Under the pieces are notes generated by a model that worked only from the letters and a program-made list of their open reading frames with translations, did not search any database and was not told the origin of the DNA. A stretch of 62,005 nucleotides of DNA, counting the filler, from Choristocarpus tenellus KU-1152 (taxonomy: Eukaryota; Protista; Phaeophyceae): the NCBI GenBank assembly GCA_964200185.2. It is 10 parts of 10 records of this genome, joined end to end, with 100 filler letters (N's around TTAATTAATTAA, not from the genome) between each part and the next. Parts side by side here need not be neighbours in the genome. Positions count along the whole stretch, not along the records: positions 43,621 to 55,753 come from CAXNAD020001962.1; positions 55,854 to 58,480 come from CAXNAD020026158.1; positions 58,581 to 62,005 come from CAXNAD020020118.1; 7 more parts are not named here. One strand, 5' to 3'. The position numbers were made by a program, and so were the translations under genes. This document shows positions 53,328 through 62,005 of the stretch, one piece after another. Positions within the stretch are counted from its first letter, which is position 1. Each line of letters begins with the position of its first letter.

Positions 53328-53503
53328 GGCTCAAAGTATCTGGGGGGGTGGTGGCTGTCCATTTGGGGTCATTTTTTTCATGTCGCCATTTTTGTGTGTT
53401 TTGGTTGCATACGTCGGATGGATATTGTAAGTGCACTTTTCCTGGTTTTGGCCCAAATGGATACCCTGGTGTAGACCGCCCCCCTCTCCAGATATTTTGG
53501 GTC
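53328..53503 (+). mobile_element. MITE family A copy
   Basis: GGCTCAAAGTATCTGGGGGGG...CTCCAGATATTTTGGGTC. Flanked by TGA/TGA. Confidence 0.9.
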
Positions 53504-55753
53504 TGATAGTGATTGTATTCTCTAACCTAGAGAAATGAGCAGGCTGCAGTTTTTTGCCCTTATGTGTTGTAGGTATGCAGAGCAATGGATTAAAGCAGAG
53601 AGTTACTGATGTAAGAAGCACCCACCCCTTTTGATTCCAAACAGCATGGGTCTAGCTTAGCCTTATTCTCCTCTCACTTGCTATTGCTGGTGCTCCTTGA
53701 GTACATCATATTTCAGTATGTTGCTACTATAATGACTGTACATTGACTGTTGATCGATTGAAGGAAAACATAGTATGGGTCGTGCCACAGCTGTAACTTA
53801 CCAAACAGAGATAATGCCGACCAATGTGTCACCTCTGACTTTGCAAGTCCTAATCTTATTTATCCAACCATTTTAGTTGTGCATCAAGCAAGTCAAGCAG
53901 CTTTGCCTCCTCTAAGCTGAACTCAGACCCCAACTATAGTACTACACTATTGCAGTACAACCAGCACCAGTTCCTTGTCCCCCCCATGTCAATCCTGTTC
54001 TTCATCTTAGACACACATCCTACTTCAGCACCCATCCATCCATCCATCCATCCAACGATACCAAAGAAACAGAAAACAAATCAAAGTGGCATAAAACTTG
54101 CTGATGATTTGACTCTTTCTTAGTCACTTGCAAGAAAAAATCCTTTGGATTAAGCTGACTCCTTAAACTGTCAAACTTAGCACTCCAGAGTGTTGAGCCC
54201 TCACAGTAAACAGTCACTCACAAATAGAAATATTTATTTATTTTTCATATATATATATACCAAAGGGTTTCATGGGAGTTAAGTTACCATTATTCAAGCA
54301 TGTGAGGCTGAGGCTGGCCATGTCAAAACAAGAAATGATCAACATTGATGCTACTTCTAATAACCATCTCTTAACAAGCACATCAAAAAGAGATGTCAAC
54401 AATATACATAATTGAGCCATACAAAGGGAGAGAGAGGTATAGACAGCTACAATATAAGATTCCAAGGAGATTTTCAAGGGTGCATATGAGCAGGTCACTT
54501 TGGTAGTTGAAGTACAAATTTTCTGACCTATGACAGTCCAGCATCATGTCCTGTGAGGATGTGATTCATGTTGACAGTTTGACCAAAACTTAACCTCTGT
54601 ACACTCACCCTTTAACACAAGAACACAAATGATTCGTACTTTTAATTAAATTACAACTGAAAATCCTTCAACTTCATAAAGTGTTTTTGAGCCATCCTAT
54701 CTTGCAGAGGGATCCCTTTAGGCCCCTCTGGGCGTTTCACATTCTTTAAACCTCTTGCCTGAAACACCACCCCCATGTCTGAAATGCAGCTAACCCTAAC
54801 CCTAAAAAAGGCTTCACTCGTGAAGGAGCAGATAAATGTTCATCCCCATCATAATGAAATTGCTAGAAGCACAAAACCTAGGAGGCGTTCATACCGGGGC
54901 CCCATATACTCGCAGCACCCCCCCCCAGGGTAGAACGACTCAATAACCCAAATCAAATACTTCAAATCAAATAACTTTCTTTCCCCACTCGGAAAATTCC
55001 GGACAGCCAATCAAGAAAAATACTGTCGAGACAACAAATGAAACCCAAGAGAAATACCAAAAACATTCAGAAAAGGTATCTGCATACACACATAACATTA
55101 AACCATTCTCAACCAATTTGCTCCACTTATCAAGTGTGTTCAGCATTTGTGGAACAAGGTCTTTGTACATGAAAAAATTCCAGCTGAGCACTCTCTTAGA
55201 GGACAATACATTTGTGAGGTCTATAAAACATTTTTTTCAATTGAAAGGAGTGACCCTAGTCAATTGATGCTTGGATACTACCACATGAAGAGGGGTCTGA
55301 CCCTATGTACTGCCCATCTTCCTTGCAGTGGTTTGATACACAGTGGTTTGACACACTAATCTCACAGACAAGAAAATCCTGTAAAAGAACCAGTCCAAGA
55401 CCAATCCCACCAGGAAGGCTAAGAGGCAAAGATGGGATTCCGCTCAAATACCATACATGACAGACATAAACATGGCATTCCAAACGTGGAACATCCACAG
55501 ATGTTTTTACTCATATGTGGACATCAGTTGCCTGTGGAAACAAGCAAAATGAACACAGCTCACATTCCAACTCCCCCTACCTCTTCCCAACATATAAAAA
55601 AACATAAGACCCTCTCCCACAGGACTGATATTGGTATCCACTAAGGATAGATATATGTGTATGCACATCAGATACCAAAACAAATGCCCCATCCCCCCCC
55701 CCCTCCCCATCCCCCCCCAACTATTATCACCCTGCTTCCTATCTGATTCCCCC

Positions 55754-55853
55754 NNNNNNNNNNNNNNNNNNNNNNNNNNNNNNNNNNNNNNNNNNNNTTA
55801 ATTAATTAANNNNNNNNNNNNNNNNNNNNNNNNNNNNNNNNNNNNNNNNNNNN
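55754..55853. other. artificial contig linker
   Basis: N44-TTAATTAATTAA-N44. Confidence 0.99.
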
Positions 55854-56606
55854 GGGAGGTTCACTCTTCCAGTTGGGGGGGGGGGGGCGGGGGAGGCGGC
55901 ATTGGAATAGTTTATGTTTTGTGAGTGAATGCCTGGTGTGGGTAGAACATCACTGCCTTGTAAGAGATGTTTTGTTCTTGGTCTCATTTGAGAACTGTCC
56001 CCCCTAGAAAGCTGACACGACACTGGTTTTTTCTTGTAATTTTTTTTTTATCAACTCCTGTAAATGAGAGGCAACAGCCTGCTGCTTGAACACTGGCGTG
56101 GGTTGGTTTTCCTTCCTGTAGTTGAAGCTGAATTAATCCATGAACAGACAGAGCTCTACCCTGGAATTCCCTGAGCAGGTATTTTTTTGTTTTTGTTTTC
56201 AGAGAACTGAGTGGGCCCTCTTTCTTCTGTTAATAGGAAAAGGAACATCACTTGGAGGGTTGGTGGGATTCCTTAATAGTTCCACCAGCATGATTCAAGT
56301 TCAAGTTCCCCCCCTCTCTCCCTCTAGAGTGAAACACCTGCCCCCTGCACCTGCTACCCCTCTTGGTCCAGCTGCCTGTCTAGAAAGTATTGAATCATGC
56401 CCAAGGTGGGGCATGGCACTCGAGCAGCAAAACTATTACGAATTGCAGTGGCCTGCATCTCTCACCTAGCCAATAAGATGCGTCTGCCATGGAATGATCC
56501 CCGCAGCACCTCATTTGTAATATTGGCATTGATATAGGAGTGTTTTGGAGTCCAAATCATTTCCAGTTCCTTCAACCCCACCATTGTATATATTTTTTGG
56601 TAACAG

Positions 56607-57233
56607 GCCTTGAACATCTACAACCATCTCGCAGAGGGGAAGGTGGGGGTGGGCCCTGACTCGTACACTCTAACAGCTGTAATTGATGTTCTCCGGAGGG
56701 GCAGGGACTGGCGCAAAGCCCTCCCTGTGCTGGAAGAGTTGGCGCATACTGGTGAGGTTGGGAAGGGGCTACTCACTTCCCTGAATGCCTTGCTGGAGCC
56801 TTTGGGTCGAGAGGACTTCTCAGAGGCAAGGATGCTTTTGAGACGGGCTCAGGTGGAGTGGGGTCTGGAGCCGGACGGCGCTACCTACGGGACGCTGATG
56901 CTGGCAGTCAGTAAGGGCATTGGGGAGTTAGATTCAGGGTTTGGAGAGAACAGGGTGAATCCTGGAGAAGGAGGCAGAGGAAGGGAGGGTTTGGACGGGG
57001 TCAGAGGCGTGATCAGGGGAAGGGATGGGACTGAGGGGGGGGGGGCGGGCAAGTCAACGGCGCTTGAAGAGTTGGTTACACTGGTTTGTGAGGCCGCAGC
57101 TTTAGGGGCTGTTCCGAATGCGAGTTGTCTTAACCTTGTTATGTTCAACCTTGCGCGTCGGGGGGCGTGGGTGGAGGCAGCGGCGTTTGTTTCGGTGATG
57201 CGAGGGAGAGGATTGGCCATCAGCAGGAAGCAG
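56607..57233 (+). CDS. pentatricopeptide-repeat (PPR) protein, single internal exon
   Basis: AG/GT-bounded phase-0 exon with PPR-like units: GVGPDSYTLTAVIDVLRRGRDWRKALPVLEEL, GLEPDGATYGTLMLAVSKG and VPNASCLNLVMFNLARRGAWVEAAAFVSVMRGRGL. Confidence 0.85.
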
Positions 57234-58480
57234 GTGTATTTTGACAATCGGAATTGATTGCGTTTGTGGGCTAGGTTTAGTTTTGGAGATGGTGGTTGTG
57301 GGGGGGTTGTTGAGGCCCCGGTTGTGTGGGGGGAAGGATGTGAGTTGTTTTTTTTGTGTGTGTGTGTGTGTTTGTGTTTTTAGAGTGGATGCAGTGTACT
57401 GTGTGTATGTAAGAGGCCATCACCCTTGGTCATTCAAATGTTGAGCAGTTGCTAGTTGTTTTGTATGATTTTGTTTTAGGTATGTGTTGTCTCTGTGTGT
57501 CTAGTGAGTGTGGTTTTTAAGGGGTACTTGTTGTGAGGATACCTGGAAGGAGAGGGGAGGCTGGTGAACTACAGGGTACCCCAAATGTGTGTTTCTAACT
57601 AGTTCCTCTGTTAGGCACTAGTTCAAACGGTTTATGGGGCAGGCACATGATGGCATCAGGTTTTCCTTATTTTTTGTGGGGGTCTTGGACAAACCTACTG
57701 CAAGGTTCCCTTTCAACTTCAGCAAAATCTGGCTCTAGTCTACCTACTCTACTCTGTCTGCTGCAATGCTGCAAGAAACGCCTCCTAGAGCTTTTTTTTC
57801 CGCCCTATCACATCTTCTGGTGCCCCTCTCCCACCCCACCCCACCCCCCCTACCTCCCTCCCCCCACACAGACTCCTTGTGTTTGCACTCATGTGGGGGA
57901 GTGCTTTGTACTCTAGGATGTTGAGCCTTGCACTAGGTTGTATTTTGTGCTTGTGGCACATGCTGTATGCACATGCTTTTGGGTAAGCAATTCTGTTCTT
58001 GAGGCAGTAAATTCGGTTCCCCCTCCCCTGGTGTCAATCCCCGATGTTGCATGTGTGTAATGGTGTGAGGTAAGGTCTATTTAATGTCTGCCGATCACAT
58101 TGCCATGTTGTTAGTATTGGTAATATTGGTGCAAATGTTGTAACTGTGTAGGTATACTAGTAGAGCGATGTGAGGTGTGAATTCCGATTATATGCGTGAA
58201 GCATTTTTGTTATGCTGCAGAGAGTGGTTGCTGTTGTTGTGTGGATTGGCATTTGAAGTGTCGTTAAAATATTTATTTTTAATCTCCAAAAAAGGTGCTT
58301 TCTGTCCAACATTCCCTTTTGCAAACAAACAGGTGTGAGGTGCAGGATCACTTGGTTGTGCGATTGACATGAGTCTTTCCGATGCCCGTCCAAATGTACC
58401 TTTTCCTCTCCCCTCCATTCCTCCATTGCCACCCCCGCCGCCCCCCCCCCCCCCCAACGGCTCAACTTCCTCCCTCTTCC

Positions 58481-58580
58481 NNNNNNNNNNNNNNNNNNNN
58501 NNNNNNNNNNNNNNNNNNNNNNNNTTAATTAATTAANNNNNNNNNNNNNNNNNNNNNNNNNNNNNNNNNNNNNNNNNNNN
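58481..58580. other. artificial contig linker
   Basis: N44-TTAATTAATTAA-N44. Confidence 0.99.
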
Positions 58581-59189
58581 TGTTATGAAATGGTGTGTCC
58601 GGAACAAGGATACTGACCCTTCCTAACAAATACGACGGATAAAATTACATGGAAATCGCAACATTGGATTTCGGCCCCCGAATGAACACGGTCCTACCCT
58701 CTAAGATACTTTGACTCAGATGAACAAGAAATGGAAGAGGAAATACACCCAGATTATTTGATGTCGAACGGTATTCCCTTGTTATGTGTAACAATTTAGT
58801 TGTTTTACCTTACATATCTAATTGAAGTCGATTTTTAGTCATCAACAAGAGGTTCGATGTTCTGATGGGTTGCCCTCAAAGCCCTTCCGTAAAACAGAGC
58901 GAGGTGCTGAGACCCTGTCTACGACAGTTGTACTTTGTGGATATTCGAAAATGCTGGTTTGGGGGCGTACACTGGAATTTGATTAACGATATCTTCCCTT
59001 GTGTTCTTCCCTGGTTTGATAGAACTCTTACAAATAAAATCACACACTTCAAGAATCATCATTATGTCAGATATTTTAAACTAGTTGAAACTATGAAACC
59101 GCTCTGTTGTGTCTGGTACTTTAGGATCATATTTATATGGTGCCTATTAATTAGCACTTGAACATGCATGTGCGGGGATGTACAGAACT

Positions 59190-61480
59190 GTTGGGACCAC
59201 TAGCATACATCATTTGTCATTGTGAATGTACCCACAAGGGAATCACGTGTGGGTGTTGGAAAGTTGTTTGTGTGTGCTCTATTCAGTCAATAAGCCAATT
59301 TTTGTTGTCTGTTGATCAACGTTTGTACCTTGTGACATATGTAAAAAGGAAAGCTGTACATTCCCTTTCATGTCAACAAGAATGTGCCCACTTGCACATT
59401 CTGTGTATGTGTATTGTATATTTTGAAAAAGAATACACTCAAGACTCCTACGCCATTCTTGACTAAAGAGTCGGACGACAATTTCCCCAGCACAAAGTAT
59501 ACTTGACCATGTGCACACAGGAAGGCAACTTTCACTCTCTTGCATTGCCTCAAGGCCGTAGAGAGACTCTGAAGCCATGATCTTGAGTGCAGGCTATCGA
59601 TGTGACCATGTGTAATGCCCTCACTCATGGTTGCAAGGTCCATTCTTCGCTGAGGACGTGGCGTCTGAGCCACAGATGCCATGGAGCAGACCCTTTCCCC
59701 CCAATTCAAGAGAAGTGGAGAATGAAATGAGTCCAAGATATCCCAAGGAGTCAACAAAAGTCCCATATGGTAAGTTGTATTCTCTCCAGTATGAAAAGAC
59801 AAGGTAGGATCTCCATGTCACAAAATGCTCCCAGAACATATCTTTTATCATAATAATGTGATAACCACTCATTTTTGTTGGTTATCAGGCTATTGACACA
59901 TCAAGGCAAGCTGCTGGGAGCGTCTTTGGAACATATATCCTCCATCGTTCCATGATGATTGGTTGCTTCATGAGTAGCTGCCCAGTGTCATCACGGATGT
60001 GATGAGAAGAGCTCTCTCTGGTTCTCTCGACATTGAAGCCTTTCAGGTTTTGGTCGAAATCAGATTGGTCCCCACGGTGAATGAGGTTTTCCATCTTCCT
60101 GGTGTAGGTGCCAAGAAACTCCTATATAAGGTAGACACCCTCACCTGTTTGAGAGACAACCTAATGGGAGATACCCAGTTCTTAAACCATTTATTCAGCC
60201 TTTCAAAATTGATGCATTTTTCTATGGATGAAGTGTTATGTTTGACTTGAGAGGGTTGGTCTCTCTGTTGTTGCTTTTTTACACAATTTGGAGAATGTCC
60301 CAACTACCTTTGTAAAAAAAGACGAATTTACACACATATGCCGCCATCCTTCAAATGCAACTCTGGTACCTCTTGTTTACTTTAACTCTGAGTTGTTTCC
60401 AGCCTTCTTCAATACCTCCTTCAAAGTGGCATTTTGGGTGTCTGTGTGCAGCTGTTGTCATATCCTTCCCTGTTCCTGTCAGGCTTCTGGAAAAATTGCT
60501 TAAGCTTGGTCATTTGCACACCACCTTCTTGGTAATACCCTCTGTGAGGGGGGTGGAAGAACTTCTGAGGCAGCGTCCAACGAATGAGCTGCATATGAAG
60601 ATGTGCCAAATTGTCAACATTAGCAGGTACATCTTCTGTATCTTTAGGTTGCACTGTCTCTGCTCCTGTGAGGATTCTTTAACCAACCATCACGCCAGCT
60701 AATTCAGGCCTGAAGGGTGGAGCAGACACAGGGCTTGTCAGTTGATAAATTTATATCCCTTGACGCCCAGTTGCATCTTATGATCAGGAGCAAAATGATT
60801 AATCAGACGGGCCGATGGCGATGTGATACGGTGATGCAATTCCGTTTTCAACACTGAGTGCACCCTTACATTCAGAACGAGGTGATGAACAGCCTGAGAT
60901 TTAAGGACGTAATCAATATGTAAATAACCCATTTCCCCACAATGACTAAGTATGTATGGGACCCTTCCCCTTCAGTACACTGAAAATGTGTTCACAACTG
61001 CAAGTCTGTTCAACGTTGCAAGCATCAACAGGCGCTCACTATCTTTGTTCAACACTGTTGTAATCCTGCCTCCCTCACCTCTCTATCCAGTTCGAGCATT
61101 CATGTCCACCAGAATAAAGAAAGAGATAATCATTTCGGGGATTCTGCTGCACCACAGTGTGGAACTTCTTGCAGTAGGCATTATTGTCTGGCTCTAAGTC
61201 TCTCCTGTTGGGGTATATCCCACAACAAAGGTAACGAGTGCAACTGCCTGTCATCAGCAACTGGTCGTTCATCATTTGTTCATCAAGGTACTATTCTACT
61301 TCATGAGGACCCTGTTGTAGGATTGATCCCTTCACCTCCAAACCCACTCCATATTTCCCCCTTTTGATCTTACCCCCCACCAAAGCAAAACAATTGTACG
61401 TGGTTTCAGACAGCTCAGGGCAAGAAAATCCCACCTCTCCTCCTCTCTTAGAGCCCAATCACATCGCATCCTCAAGTCAA
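59190..61480 (-). mobile_element. heavily decayed non-LTR retrotransposon (APE endonuclease followed by RT region, RTE-like)
   Basis: Ordered minus-strand motifs in broken frames: CDVIGL*E (DVIGLQET), VTFVVGYTPT (YAPT), ILVDMNARTG (GDFNAR), HIDYVL, PDH (SDH), then IRDDTGQLLMKQPIIMERW (RTE-type linker) and TFVD. Many stops and frameshifts. Confidence 0.8.
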
Positions 61481-62005
61481 GACCATCGAATGACCCACTT
61501 CTTTCTTGTCTTTCATATCCATTATTCAAAAATTATACACACTCATTGTCAGCTTCTTCTACTAGGATTTCTGGCACCTCACAGTAGATGGTGTACATGA
61601 GGTGGAATGATCCCTCTTTTTTTCTCAAACTTTTTCTGTTCTCTTCCTCTTCCTTGCTATCTGAAGGCTACTCCTGTAGGTGCCTTGCTTCACGCACCAA
61701 GGGTGCAGCGAACCCATGGCTCGTTGGTGACGTTTAACTCCTTCTTGTCGCCAAATCTAGTAGATAACTGTGCGACAATTTTCTGCTAGGAGACCATGCA
61801 GGCCATGTTTTCGGCATGATATTATGATGCCCGGAGGGGACTGTACATTTGGGAAATTTTCCACTCTCCTCCCCTCCAACCCATCCATGCCGTCGATGCT
61901 ATACAGTTGATGAGAAAAAAGTAGATGTGGGACGGGAGGAAGGGACCAAAGTAAGATACAACTTCCCACATCGGACTTGGTTATTTATGTTACAGGCGAA
62001 TAGAG

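Noticed and set aside
24305-57233. Apparent organellar gene cluster (PPR, frataxin, Mpv17/PMP22, PPR)
   Set aside because: Each gene is on a different contig separated by artificial linkers, so adjacency is unsupported.

Overview
This is eukaryotic, intron-rich nuclear DNA, not a continuous locus. It is 10 short contigs (1-3460, 3561-7412, 7513-10325, 10426-26147, 26248-33616, 33717-39152, 39253-43520, 43621-55753, 55854-58480, 58581-62005) joined by an artificial 100-nt N44-TTAATTAATTAA-N44 linker, so gene neighbourhood across linkers cannot be interpreted. By hand-splicing GT-AG introns I reconstructed a complete frataxin gene and a near-complete Mpv17/PMP22-family gene. I also found partial genes for a Rab-GAP TBC-domain protein, a RimJ/RimL-type GNAT acetyltransferase, a choline/ethanolamine phosphotransferase, a glucose-6-phosphate 1-epimerase-like protein and two PPR-containing proteins (one possibly DENND4-like). 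The rest is transposon debris: two decayed mariner-type transposases, a decayed APE/RT LINE, at least three MITE subfamilies sharing a G(A/G)(G/C)TCAAAGTA terminus, a 130-bp-arm foldback element, a ~70-bp hairpin+(TAA)n repeat and a 57-bp minisatellite. The gene style and CCCTAA repeats suggest a stramenopile such as a brown alga, but this is inference. I found no convincing new multi-gene system, CRISPR array or RNA gene. The best unexplained items are a 1.4-kb intronless orphan ORF (43.7-45.1 kb), the short hairpin repeat family, the shared-terminus MITE families and a patchy CpG-depletion pattern.
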